DNA from: an uncultured Christensenellaceae bacterium
GTDB taxonomy: Bacteria; Bacillota; Clostridia; Christensenellales; CAG-314
Length of the DNA: 64,000 nt
Direction: 5' to 3'
Assembly (NCBI GenBank): GCA_910585195.1
Contig: CAJUCX010000009.1
Coordinates: forward strand, 43 to 64,042
Shown here one piece after another: positions 48,366-57,486 of this stretch. A model generated the notes under the pieces. The model did not search any database, was not told the origin of the DNA, and was given only the letters and a program-made list of their open reading frames with translations. The translations under genes were made by a program, and so were the position numbers. Every line of letters begins with the position of its first letter. The first letter of the stretch is position 1.

Positions 48366-48827
48366 TTAAAATCTAATCAATGGTTCTATTAAAGCGGTTT
48401 TGTCTTTTTCAAAAGTAAAACAACCGTCTTTATTTTTTATTTTGAAAGTTTTTTCGTCAAACTCGCACAACACGCCTTCATAAATCTTTTTGCCGTCTAT
48501 CGGTGCAAAAAGTTTGACGACAATTTCCTTGTTTTCATTCCGTTGAAAATCACGAAACGTTTTCAGCGGTCTGTCTATACCTAAGGAAGAAACGTTTAGA
48601 ATATATGACTTACCTTGCGTAGGGTCAAGAACATCAAGCGGCTCGTCGATAAGCCTATGCAATTTTTCACAATCATTTATATCGACACCGCCGACTTTAT
48701 CTATAAAAATCGTTAAATTCATACCGTTGGCTTTTTTTGCATATTCAACTTCTACAAGTTCCACCCCGCATTCTTCGGCATAAGGTAAAACCAACTTTTC
48801 AACAATTTCGCAAACTTTTCCAGCCAT
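48366..48827 (-). CDS. rimP: Ribosome maturation factor RimP
   Basis: MAGKVCEIVEKLVLPYAEECGVELVEVEY... Start at ATG 48827 with SD AAGGAAGG. The upstream extension of the track ORF runs through a leader hairpin. Confidence 0.92.
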   Translation of the reverse strand: MAGKVCEIVEKLVLPYAEECGVELVEVEYAKKANGMNLTIFIDKVGGVDINDCEKLHRLIDEPLDVLDPTQGKSYILNVSSLGIDRPLKTFRDFQRNENKEIVVKLFAPIDGKKIYEGVLCEFDEKTFKIKNKDGCFTFEKDKTALIEPLIRF

Positions 48828-48846
48828 TGCGCCTTCCTTAAAATGA

Positions 48847-48876
48847 CTTGAGAGCAGGGACAACCCTACTCTCAAG
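48847..48876 (-). promoter_or_regulatory. 5' leader stem-loop of the rimP-nusA-infB operon
   Basis: 8-bp stem CUUGAGAG / CUCUCAAG with a 14-nt GC-rich loop, between the predicted TSS and the rimP SD. On the minus strand it is followed by UCAUUUU. Confidence 0.5.
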
Positions 48877-48900
48877 TAAACTTATCTTTATGCTGTTATG

Positions 48901-48929
48901 AGTATAGCACAATCTTTAATTTTTTACAA
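48901..48929 (-). promoter_or_regulatory. SigmaA promoter of the rimP-nusA-infB operon
   Basis: Minus strand: TTGTAA (48929-48924), 17 nt ending in TGC (extended -10), TATACT (48906-48901). Confidence 0.55.
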
Positions 48930-48937
48930 CAATTTTT

Positions 48938-50491
48938 TTACATTTCTGCGCCCATTTCTATAAGTTTCAAAAATATATCGGCAGTCATCAACGAATCGTC
49001 GACAGCCCTATGCGCATTGTCTCGTTTAACGCCCAAAAAATCGGCAATTGTACCCAATTTATAGTTGTGCGGAACTTCTTCCCCGTTATGCAAAGACTTG
49101 AAATACTTTCTTGCCATTGACAAAGTGTCGACTTGCTGATGATTAAAAATAAATCCGCTGTCTTTTGTATTAAACTTCAAAAACAATCCGTCAAAGTCAA
49201 CAATGTTATGTCCTACCAACGCCGCACCATTGCAATATTTATAAAAATCCGCAATAATTTCAGGAAAGGTTGGTGCAGACTCTACCATGGCATCGATTAT
49301 GCCTGTCAACTCTGAAATTTCGTTTGGTATTTTACATTCCGGATTAACGAAAGTTGAAAATGTATCCACAATTTTACCGTTGACTATTCTTACGGCACCG
49401 AGTTCTATAATTTTATTTGTAATATAACTTTTACCCGTAGTTTCAAGGTCAAAAACCACAAACGTCTTGTCTTGCAATCTCTTATCAACCTTTTTTTCTT
49501 CAAACAAATTACCTTGTTTATTGGCGATAAAAATCTGCGGTTTGATTACCGCGTATTCCTCCGGCACAGGTCTGCTTACTTGCTTTTCATATTCGTCGTC
49601 GCAAATTTTGCATTTGCAAATTCTGTACGCACGGAGTTCCAACTCTTGCGTATAGGTATTTTCAACCGCCTGACCGCCTATAAGCAATTCATCCCCGATT
49701 TTCAATTCTTTCAACTTTATGTACTTTGTTTCGTCGGAAAAAACAACCACTCCTATCCGACCGGTAAAATCAACCAAATCAAATTTGAAAAGCGTCAACC
49801 CTTTTGGTGTAACCACTTCACGCATACTTTCTATACGTCCGCATACCGTAACCGCTTTTTCCGGTTGAATTAAATCGACTATATACTGCGGTCTGTCGTT
49901 TATTACTTTATCGATAAATGACTCTACGTTCTCTACGTTGATTTTTCTTTGTGGTTTATACAAAACCTTCGTTATTTGAGATTCACGCATAACATCTGTT
50001 TTTTTCATAAGTTCGTTAACGTCAACAGAATTTTCTATCACGTCGAATTTCACTTTGATATCATAATTGCTTATAGATTTGAAGTAGTTTGAAACTTTTT
50101 CTAAAAATTCGTTTTGCTCCAACATTTGACGAAGTTCAGGCGTTACGGTAACTATGACAGTAAATATATCCTCACTTTCTTCCACGACGGTTTTTTCCGT
50201 GTCAAACTTGGAGGCAAAAAAGAAAAACTCTCTTTTAACATAATTTATAAAGGTATTTTTTAATATATCTTTATCAAAATAGTCTTTGATATATTTAATT
50301 TTAAGATTGAATTTGTTTTTTACCGCCTCCTGACAAACGGCTTCTATTTGCTGTTTTTGCTGCTCGGTCAAGTCTTGTTTTGTTGAAAAACATAATTCAA
50401 GAATACGGCTCTTTTTTTCAACAACCGCACTGTACAATTTCAAATCATCAAACTGTCCCCGACCTGTTTGTCTTACGTCATCTAAAAGCAT
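48938..50491 (-). CDS. PolC-like N-terminal domain + OB fold + DEDDh 3'-5' exonuclease protein (no PHP or polymerase domains)
   Basis: 517 aa. The N-terminal ~200 aa and OB segment (VTVCGRIESMREVVTPKGLTLFKFDLVDFTGRIGVVVF) resemble the PolC N-terminus. Exo motifs are FVVFDLETTG, LVGHNIVDFDGLFL and HRAVDDSLMTADIF. The ORF is bounded by ispG (4-nt gap) and the rimP promoter. Confidence 0.75.
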   Translation of the reverse strand: MLLDDVRQTGRGQFDDLKLYSAVVEKKSRILELCFSTKQDLTEQQKQQIEAVCQEAVKNKFNLKIKYIKDYFDKDILKNTFINYVKREFFFFASKFDTEKTVVEESEDIFTVIVTVTPELRQMLEQNEFLEKVSNYFKSISNYDIKVKFDVIENSVDVNELMKKTDVMRESQITKVLYKPQRKINVENVESFIDKVINDRPQYIVDLIQPEKAVTVCGRIESMREVVTPKGLTLFKFDLVDFTGRIGVVVFSDETKYIKLKELKIGDELLIGGQAVENTYTQELELRAYRICKCKICDDEYEKQVSRPVPEEYAVIKPQIFIANKQGNLFEEKKVDKRLQDKTFVVFDLETTGKSYITNKIIELGAVRIVNGKIVDTFSTFVNPECKIPNEISELTGIIDAMVESAPTFPEIIADFYKYCNGAALVGHNIVDFDGLFLKFNTKDSGFIFNHQQVDTLSMARKYFKSLHNGEEVPHNYKLGTIADFLGVKRDNAHRAVDDSLMTADIFLKLIEMGAEM

Positions 50492-50495
50492 AATA

Positions 50496-51533
50496 TCAAA
50501 TAATTAAATCAATCTCTTTTTTGAATTCTTCCAAAACATTCGAAGAATCAACCGTTCTATATACTTCCCCTTTTTTGAAAAACACGACTTTTCCATTGCC
50601 GCCGGCAAGTCCCAAATCTGCCTCTTTTGCCTCACCGGGGCCGTTAACGACACAGCCCATTACTGCAATTTTAAGCGGTTTTTTTACATTTGCTACATAT
50701 TGCTTAACTTGTCTCGCTACGCCGATAAGGTCAAATTTACAGCGTCCGCAAGTAGGACACGAAACCACTTCGCAATAATTGCCGTCTTTGCCTATTGCTC
50801 GCAAAATTTCTTTGGCAAACAAAACTTCTTCAATCGGGTCTTCCGTCAACGATACTCTTATTGTATCACCAACGCCATCCAAAAGCAAACTTCCTATACC
50901 TATTGCGGATTTTGCCTTTGCCGAGTCCCCCGCTCCGCTTTCCGTAATGCCGACGTGTTGCGGATAGTCGGTTTTTTGCGCCAACAACCTGCACGCGTCT
51001 ACCGTCTTTTTTACCGAACTTGATTTTACCGATAAGACTATATTGAAAAAGTTGCTGGACTCAAAAAACTTAACGTAATTCAGCGCACTGTCGACTAACG
51101 CTTCGGCAGTATTGCCGTATTTGTCAAGCGAAGATTTATTTAGAGAACCGCCGTTTACGCCTATCCTGATAGGAATATTATATTTCTTTGCAGTGTTTGT
51201 AACTTCTTTCAAATGCTCGTCGGAGTCTATATTGCCTGGGTTAATTCGTATTTTATCGGCGCCGTGTTTAATGGCAGAAATTGCAAGACGGTAATCAAAA
51301 TGAATATCAGCAACCAAGGGAATATTTATTTGCTTTTTGATTGCTTGTATTGCAGAAGCGTCTTCTTCAGAAGTTACGGCAACTCTTACTATTTCGCAAC
51401 CGACATTTTCAAGACTGCTTATTTGTTTTACCGTTGCGCAAATATCACAAGTAGCAGTATTAGTCATTGACTGTACTGCCACTTTATTTGAACCGCCTAT
51501 AAAAACATTTCCTATCTTAATTTCTTTAGTCAT
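50496..51533 (-). CDS. ispG: 4-hydroxy-3-methylbut-2-en-1-yl diphosphate synthase (flavodoxin)
   Basis: 345 aa. VQSMTNT, RVAV, RINPGNI, and the C-terminal Cys cluster CPTCGRC ... MGCVVNGPGE. Confidence 0.95.
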   Translation of the reverse strand: MTKEIKIGNVFIGGSNKVAVQSMTNTATCDICATVKQISSLENVGCEIVRVAVTSEEDASAIQAIKKQINIPLVADIHFDYRLAISAIKHGADKIRINPGNIDSDEHLKEVTNTAKKYNIPIRIGVNGGSLNKSSLDKYGNTAEALVDSALNYVKFFESSNFFNIVLSVKSSSVKKTVDACRLLAQKTDYPQHVGITESGAGDSAKAKSAIGIGSLLLDGVGDTIRVSLTEDPIEEVLFAKEILRAIGKDGNYCEVVSCPTCGRCKFDLIGVARQVKQYVANVKKPLKIAVMGCVVNGPGEAKEADLGLAGGNGKVVFFKKGEVYRTVDSSNVLEEFKKEIDLII

Positions 51534-51537
51534 ATAT

Positions 51538-52596
51538 CTAACCGAATAATTTTAATAAATCAATCAAAATTACAAAACCGAACAATAATAGCAACCCGAT
51601 AAAATGAATGTAACTTTCTACCTTTCTGTTGACAGGCTTACCTCTTATCCACTCAATAATTACAAACACCATTTTTGAGCCGTCAAGCGCGGGAATAGGC
51701 AATAAATTAAATACCGCAAGATTTACTGAAATAAGCGTAATCAACATGAGTATATTTGCAAAACCGCTGCGTGCAACTTGGCTTGTTATATCTATTGTCG
51801 TTATAGGCCCGCCTATTTGGTCAAGCCCTATAAGCCCAGTAACAAGTCCGCCCAACGTTTCCAACACGTAGCCGGCAGTTCTGAAACAATACGGTAGGCA
51901 TCTGCCGAGCGCCTCGCCGAAACTGAACCGAGTTCTTTCCGTTCCGCCGTATGCTATGCCGACGCCCCAACCGAAATATTCCGCTGTATTCCCTTGTTCA
52001 TCGGTTACGGTATACTTTCCCTTTTCAACACCGCTCAGCATTACTTTTTCGCCGTTGCGCAACACAAGTACGTCGGCGGTATTTCCTGCATTGGAAATCA
52101 TTTTAGTAAGGTCTACGGAAAGCAAAACATCTTTGCCGTTTATACTTAAAATAGTATCGCCTTGTTGAAGAGAATTTTCCGCCGTCTGCTCTATATTTTC
52201 TTTAGGATAAACCGTTTGAATATACGGCAGATAATCTCCGAAACAAGAAAAAGCAATAACAACAATCACCACAGCCGAAATAAAGTTCATAAATGCGCCT
52301 GAAAACAATACAATCAGACGCTTCCACGGCTTTTGATTGTTAAACGCCTGTGGATTTGGATTTTCTTCATCTTCGCCTTCGAAAGCGCAAAAACCGCCGA
52401 GCGGCAGCCATCTTAATGAAAATATTTGACCGTTTTTTAGCGGCTTGGAAAAAATTTTTGGTCCCATACCTATTGAAAACTCATTTATTTTGAAACCTAA
52501 AACTCTCCCTGCAATGTAATGTCCCAACTCGTGCACGGTAATCATAAACATCAGCACGACCAAGGCAATTAAAATATATATAATATTTTCAAGCAA
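51538..52596 (-). CDS. rseP: RIP zinc metalloprotease RseP (M50) with PDZ domain
   Basis: 352 aa. HELGHY near the N-terminus, central PDZ (GDTILSINGKDV), C-terminal NLLPIPALDG. Confidence 0.93.
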   Translation of the reverse strand: MLENIIYILIALVVLMFMITVHELGHYIAGRVLGFKINEFSIGMGPKIFSKPLKNGQIFSLRWLPLGGFCAFEGEDEENPNPQAFNNQKPWKRLIVLFSGAFMNFISAVVIVVIAFSCFGDYLPYIQTVYPKENIEQTAENSLQQGDTILSINGKDVLLSVDLTKMISNAGNTADVLVLRNGEKVMLSGVEKGKYTVTDEQGNTAEYFGWGVGIAYGGTERTRFSFGEALGRCLPYCFRTAGYVLETLGGLVTGLIGLDQIGGPITTIDITSQVARSGFANILMLITLISVNLAVFNLLPIPALDGSKMVFVIIEWIRGKPVNRKVESYIHFIGLLLLFGFVILIDLLKLFG

Positions 52597-52597
52597 A

Positions 52598-53692
52598 TTA
52601 AATTACTCCGTCAATGATATTTTCGGTATAAATTTTAACCAATTTGTCTGTAGTTAAAAGACTGTCTGCCGAAATTTCGCTTTCAGTTTTATATTCGTTC
52701 AATACGCGTTCTATTATACTTGCAATATCCCAAAAACCGATTTTATTCTTCAGATATTTTTCCACACAGACGTCGTTTGCCGCGTTTAATACCGCAGGGT
52801 ATAAACCGCCGCGAGAAAATGCCTGTCTGCAAAGATTGATACACTTAAATTTATTATAGTCCGGCAAATAAAATTCTAACTTTTTATCGGCAAGACTAAG
52901 CGGTGCTGCTTTTGACGGCAATCTATCCGGATAAGTCAGCGCATACTGTATAGGCAAAGTCATATCGGGATTTGACATTTGCGCCATAACCGCACCGTCG
53001 CAAAACTCAACCATAGAATGAACTATGCTTTGCGGATGAATCAAAACTTCTATTTGCTCCTGCGGAATATCAAACAAATACGACGCTTCTATAATTTCAA
53101 GTCCTTTATTCATCATAGTCGCGGAATCTATCGTAATTTTTTGCCCCATAGACCAAGTGGGATGTTTTAACGCTTCCTTGGCTTTTGCGGTTTTCAACTG
53201 TTCTGTAGTAAAATTTTTGAACGCTCCGCCGCTTGCTGTCAAAATAAGTTTATTTATTTGTGAATGCTTATTACCCTCTATGCACTGCCATATTGCCGAG
53301 TGTTCGCTGTCTACGGTTATCAACTTGCCTTTATAGCGTGAAAGATAGTCTTTTACCAACTCTCCGCCGCACACAAGTGTTTCTTTATTTGCAAGCGCAA
53401 CCGTCCGACCGTCTTTTATCGCCTGCAATACTGCGTCAATCGCTACGATGCCTCTGGTTGCTACTACCACTATATCAGCGTCTTTTATCGCGCTGGTTAA
53501 GCATTTTGCTCCATCATCTTTTATCGTGAAGTAATTTAACGGATGAAAGCCCTCTGCTTGTTTATTTAATTTTTTCTTGTCGGAATAGGCAACCAGACTT
53601 TTGACCTGAAATAAATTTTCATTGTTTTTAATAACTTGTAAAGTTTGAGTTCCTATTGACCCCGTACTGCCAAGTATTGCAATTTTTTTCAT
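52598..53692 (-). CDS. dxr: 1-deoxy-D-xylulose 5-phosphate reductoisomerase
   Basis: MKKIAILGSTGSIGTQTL; LANKE, DSEHSA, HPTWSMG motifs. Start ATG 53692 overlaps the cdsA stop as ATGA. Confidence 0.95.
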   Translation of the reverse strand: MKKIAILGSTGSIGTQTLQVIKNNENLFQVKSLVAYSDKKKLNKQAEGFHPLNYFTIKDDGAKCLTSAIKDADIVVVATRGIVAIDAVLQAIKDGRTVALANKETLVCGGELVKDYLSRYKGKLITVDSEHSAIWQCIEGNKHSQINKLILTASGGAFKNFTTEQLKTAKAKEALKHPTWSMGQKITIDSATMMNKGLEIIEASYLFDIPQEQIEVLIHPQSIVHSMVEFCDGAVMAQMSNPDMTLPIQYALTYPDRLPSKAAPLSLADKKLEFYLPDYNKFKCINLCRQAFSRGGLYPAVLNAANDVCVEKYLKNKIGFWDIASIIERVLNEYKTESEISADSLLTTDKLVKIYTENIIDGVI

Positions 53693-54528
53693 ACAACTAT
53701 AAACGTAAAGACCAACGAAACAAAGCACGCATTAAGCATTATGCCGTCAACTCTGTCAAGCATACCGCCGTGGCTGCCCAACATCTTGCTGAAATCTTTT
53801 ATACCTAAACTTCTTTTGATTAAACTTGCAACTAAATCGCCTATTTGCGTCAGGCACGAACCGCAAACCGCTATTAATGAATATGACAAATAGGTGTAAA
53901 TCTTTCTCAACCCCCACGTCAAGAACCCCGGTCCCAACAAGCCCGTAACTTCAAATATGATAAACACCAAGAGCGAGCCGAGCACTCCGCCGAACAATCC
54001 GCCGACTGCCCCCTCTATTGTCTTTTTTGGGCTTATTTCAGGCGCAAGTTTATGTTTACCGAAAAGCAACCCGAATACAAGCGCAAAAACGTCGGTAAAC
54101 GTTGAAACGAGAATTACAAACGCCAAGCCCAAATATGCCAACTTAGAGTTATTGATAAAGAATAATGACGAAAGCGTCAATCCCGGGTATATCAAAATAA
54201 AGGCAAAAGGCATTAAACCGTCAAGGTGTATGTTTTTGAACACTGCGATAGTTGCGCCTATGGCAAAAATGAGCAGCGTATAATAAACTACACCCATAAA
54301 GTCCAATTTGATATACGGCAAACCTACCGTCAAAGAATATATAATCAGCAGCAGATTAAATTCTTTAGGCAATTTATCTTTAAGAGCCTTACGCATTTCA
54401 TTTACGGCAAAAAAGATAACCAACATTATAAGCGCATCCATAAAGAACTTGCTTATAAAATAACCTAAAAAATAAAATCCAACTAAAATGATAGCAATTG
54501 CTATCGCAACGAGAACCCTGTTTCGCAT
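53689..54528 (-). CDS. cdsA: Phosphatidate cytidylyltransferase
   Basis: 279-aa polytopic protein. C-terminal signature SLIKRSLGIKDFSKMLGSHGGMLDRVD. Confidence 0.93.
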   Translation of the reverse strand: MRNRVLVAIAIAIILVGFYFLGYFISKFFMDALIMLVIFFAVNEMRKALKDKLPKEFNLLLIIYSLTVGLPYIKLDFMGVVYYTLLIFAIGATIAVFKNIHLDGLMPFAFILIYPGLTLSSLFFINNSKLAYLGLAFVILVSTFTDVFALVFGLLFGKHKLAPEISPKKTIEGAVGGLFGGVLGSLLVFIIFEVTGLLGPGFLTWGLRKIYTYLSYSLIAVCGSCLTQIGDLVASLIKRSLGIKDFSKMLGSHGGMLDRVDGIMLNACFVSLVFTFIVV

Positions 54529-55218
54529 TTAGTCTTTAATATCTCCAAATTTTCTTTCTCTCTTGTTAAAACTTGACAACATAAGCACAAACTGCTGCTC
54601 GTCAAAATCAGGCCACAATACGTCTGTAAAATACAATTCGGCATATGCGGCTTGATACAGCATAAAGTTTGACAAACGCAATTCTCCGCTTGTGCGCACT
54701 ATTAAATCCAAATCGGGTAATTGCTTATATAAATAACTTTCAAAAGTTGTTTTGTCTGCACAAGCAACTCCGTCTTTAAGCATAGCGTTTACCGCGTGTA
54801 TAATTTCATTTCTTCCGCCGTAGTTTATACATAAATTCAGCGTCAGAGACTTACAGTTTTTTGTTTTTGTTTCAACGGTTTTTATTGCGTCTGTTAAATC
54901 TTCGGGCAAACCATCGGAACTGCCGGAAACTACAACTCTTATGTCTTTCTTCAAAAAAGTGTCAATTTTTTTTAGATACTTTCTGGCAAGGTCAAACAAG
55001 TTGTCTACTTCTGCCTTAGGGCGCGAAATGTTTTCGGTAGACAAAACGTAAAGGCTGACGCACTGTATCCCGTATTTTTTTGATAAATCAATAACAGACT
55101 CTACGGTTTTAATGCCTGCACGATGCCCCTTGATACGCGGATAACCGCGCATTTTAGCCCAGCGACCGTTGCCGTCCATTATAAAACCTATATGTTTGGG
55201 TACAGTTGAAAATTCCAT
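54529..55218 (-). CDS. uppS: Isoprenyl transferase (undecaprenyl diphosphate synthase)
   Basis: 229 aa. HIGFIMDGNGRWA, IRTSGELRLSNFMLYQAAYAELYF. Confidence 0.95.
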   Translation of the reverse strand: MEFSTVPKHIGFIMDGNGRWAKMRGYPRIKGHRAGIKTVESVIDLSKKYGIQCVSLYVLSTENISRPKAEVDNLFDLARKYLKKIDTFLKKDIRVVVSGSSDGLPEDLTDAIKTVETKTKNCKSLTLNLCINYGGRNEIIHAVNAMLKDGVACADKTTFESYLYKQLPDLDLIVRTSGELRLSNFMLYQAAYAELYFTDVLWPDFDEQQFVLMLSSFNKRERKFGDIKD

Positions 55219-55424
55219 TACAAAACCTCTGTGTCTACGTTAAACTTAAAATCGCCGACGATAAGCTCCACAGGAACCGTATCGCGTACTGCAATTATAA
55301 GTTGAGTATCAAAATCTTTTCTTTTATCCGCCCCATAAAAAGTAAGCCTGAAGTCAACACCCAGGTCATTCAAAATTTTGACCGCTTCGTCAACCCCAAG
55401 CCCTACTAAATTTCTCATTTGCAT
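55218..55424 (-). CDS. Small conserved-looking protein, PASTA-like alpha/beta fold suggested
   Basis: 68-aa ORF. The start lies 1 nt after the frr stop (TAATATG) and the stop overlaps the uppS ATG (TAATG). LVGLGVDEAVKILNDLGVDF resembles the start of a PASTA-type domain. No SD of its own. Confidence 0.5.
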   Translation of the reverse strand: MQMRNLVGLGVDEAVKILNDLGVDFRLTFYGADKRKDFDTQLIIAVRDTVPVELIVGDFKFNVDTEVL

Positions 55425-55425
55425 A

Positions 55426-56001
55426 TTATACAGACATTATGTCTTTTTCTTTTTCCGAAGTCATTGCGTCAATGGTTTCAATAAATTTCGATATTGACTT
55501 ATCCACTTCTTTTTCCGCATTGCCCGCAATATCTTCAGATATTTGTTTGTCATTTTTTAATTTTTTTATACCGTCAATGGCGTCTCTTCTTGCGTTCCTT
55601 ACGGTAACCTTACAATCCTCCGCCATTTTTTTGACTTGCTTGACCAAATCTTTTCTTCTCTCTTCGGTAAGTTCCGGAAAGACAAGTCTTATGACGTTGC
55701 CGTCGTTTGTAGGCGTCAAACCCAAATTAGCAGCCAAAATTGCTTTTTCCGCAGCGCCCAAAGCAGACTTGTCCCACAACGTAATGACAAGCATACGCGG
55801 TTCAGGTGTGGAAATATTGCCCATTTGAGTAATCGGCGTCATTGTACCGTAATAATCTACAGAAACCTTTTCCAACAATTTTGAGTTTGCTCTACCTGCT
55901 CTCATAAGACCGAATTCGTTTTTTGTAAAGTCAATAGCCTTATTGCATTTTAACGGCAAATCGTTACAAATCTTTTGTAATTGTTCATTTTCAAATACCA
56001 T
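55426..56001 (-). CDS. frr: Ribosome recycling factor
   Basis: 191 aa. RAGRANSKLLEKVSVDYYG, NLGLTPTNDGNVIRLVFPELTEERRKDLVK. Confidence 0.96.
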   Translation of the reverse strand: MVFENEQLQKICNDLPLKCNKAIDFTKNEFGLMRAGRANSKLLEKVSVDYYGTMTPITQMGNISTPEPRMLVITLWDKSALGAAEKAILAANLGLTPTNDGNVIRLVFPELTEERRKDLVKQVKKMAEDCKVTVRNARRDAIDGIKKLKNDKQISEDIAGNAEKEVDKSISKFIETIDAMTSEKEKDIMSV

Positions 56002-56054
56002 ATCTGTACCTCGTTTTCCACATTTTACTAAATTTTACGGCTTTTTTCAAGTCT

Positions 56055-56750
56055 TTATTTAATAATTGTACCGATTTTCTCGCCTTTTACCGCTCTGATT
56101 ATACTGTCTTTGTCATTTACGGCAAACGCAAGTATTGGTATGTTATTATCCATACACATAGAAATTGCCGTAGTATCCATTGCCTTTAACCCTTTTTGGA
56201 TAATATCCATATAACTCAACTCGTCATATTTTTTTGCAGTCGGGTCGACTTTGGGGTCAGCGCTGTAAATACCGTCTATGTTTTTTGCCAAAAGCAAAAT
56301 GTCCGCATTTATTTCAGCCGCACGCAAAGCCGCGCCGGTGTCGGTAGAAAAATAAGGATTGCCCGTTCCGCAGGCAAAAATGACTATGCGCCCTTTTTCG
56401 AAATGTCTTATCGCACGGCGAAGTATATAAGGCTCTGCGACTCTGTTTATGTTTAACGCAGATTGCACTCTTACCGGCACCCCTTGACTTTCCAACGCAT
56501 CTTGAAGCGCCAATGCATTGATAAGCGTTGCCAACATACCCATATGGTCGGCAGTGCTTCGGTCCATATGGTCGCCTTGTCTGCCGCGCCAAAAATTACC
56601 TCCGCCTATTACTATGCCTACTTCTATTTTTTGCTCATTTAACACTTTAAGTTGAGCAACCAAATCGTTTATGGTTTTTGTTCCGATGCCAAACCCGCTT
56701 TCATCTGCCAACGCCTCGCCGCTGACCTTTATTAAAATGCGTTTATACAT
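56055..56750 (-). CDS. pyrH: UMP kinase
   Basis: [14 protein letters not shown]; [11 protein letters not shown] 56750 lies 8 nt after AAGGAGAG. The track start is GTG 56756. Confidence 0.95.
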   Translation of the reverse strand: MYKRILIKVSGEALADESGFGIGTKTINDLVAQLKVLNEQKIEVGIVIGGGNFWRGRQGDHMDRSTADHMGMLATLINALALQDALESQGVPVRVQSALNINRVAEPYILRRAIRHFEKGRIVIFACGTGNPYFSTDTGAALRAAEINADILLLAKNIDGIYSADPKVDPTAKKYDELSYMDIIQKGLKAMDTTAISMCMDNNIPILAFAVNDKDSIIRAVKGEKIGTIIK

Positions 56751-56774
56751 AAGCACTACTCTCCTTTTATAAAA

Positions 56775-56800
56775 AAGGGAACAAGAAACCTTGTTCCCTT
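56775..56800 (-). terminator. Rho-independent terminator/attenuator between tsf and pyrH
   Basis: Perfect 11-bp stem aagggaacaag / cttgttccctt with a 4-nt loop. On the minus strand it is followed by UUUUUUAU. Confidence 0.8.
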
Positions 56801-56806
56801 TTTGGG

Positions 56807-57472
56807 TTACTTAACTTGATTTACTTGCTCCATAATTTCTTGAGCGAAATTATTTTCTCTCTTTTCCAAACCTTCGCCGACTTCGTATCTGACGAATCTT
56901 CTTACCGAAATCTTCTCACCTATTTTTGCGACGGTTTCGTTAATCAAAGTCGAAACTGTTTTTGAAGGGTCTTTTACGTAATCTTGCTCTAACAAGCAAA
57001 CTTCTTTGTAGTATTTTTTGATACGACCTTCAACCATTTTTGCGATAACCGCCTCAGGCTTAGGTTTAGGTTCGTTTTTAGCCTGTGCAGTCAAAATTTG
57101 TCTTTCTGCTTCTATTTTTGCAGGGTCAACGTCGTTTACGGACACAACTTCCGGTTTAGCGGCAGCAATTTGCATTGCAATGTCGTGAACCAACTCTTGG
57201 AAAGCGTCGGAACGCGCTACAAAGTCTGTTTCACAGTTTACTTCGAGCAATACGCCGATTCTTCCGCCCATATGAATGTAACTCGATACTATACCTTCGG
57301 AAGCAATTCTTCCTTGTTTTTTTGCCGCGCTAGCCATACCCTTTTCTCTGAGGATTTTTACAGCCGCTTCGAAATTGCCGTCGGCTTCTACCAAAGCCTT
57401 TTTGCAATCCATCATACCTACGCCTGTCTGCTCGCGGAGTTTCATTACGTCAGCACTTGTAAAATTTGCCAT
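56807..57472 (-). CDS. tsf: Translation elongation factor Ts (short form)
   Basis: 221 aa. [37 protein letters not shown] (UBA-like N-terminus) and [17 protein letters not shown]. Confidence 0.95.
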   Translation of the reverse strand: MANFTSADVMKLREQTGVGMMDCKKALVEADGNFEAAVKILREKGMASAAKKQGRIASEGIVSSYIHMGGRIGVLLEVNCETDFVARSDAFQELVHDIAMQIAAAKPEVVSVNDVDPAKIEAERQILTAQAKNEPKPKPEAVIAKMVEGRIKKYYKEVCLLEQDYVKDPSKTVSTLINETVAKIGEKISVRRFVRYEVGEGLEKRENNFAQEIMEQVNQVK

Positions 57473-57486
57473 GATATATTCTCCTA

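Noticed and set aside
48938-50491. The PolC-like ORF as a truncated polC pseudogene.
   Set aside because: The ORF is intact from an ATG 4 nt after ispG to a stop 10-30 nt before the rimP promoter. There is no flanking noncoding DNA that could hold decayed PHP or polymerase sequence, and the exonuclease motifs are all intact. I cannot exclude an assembly artefact from sequence alone.
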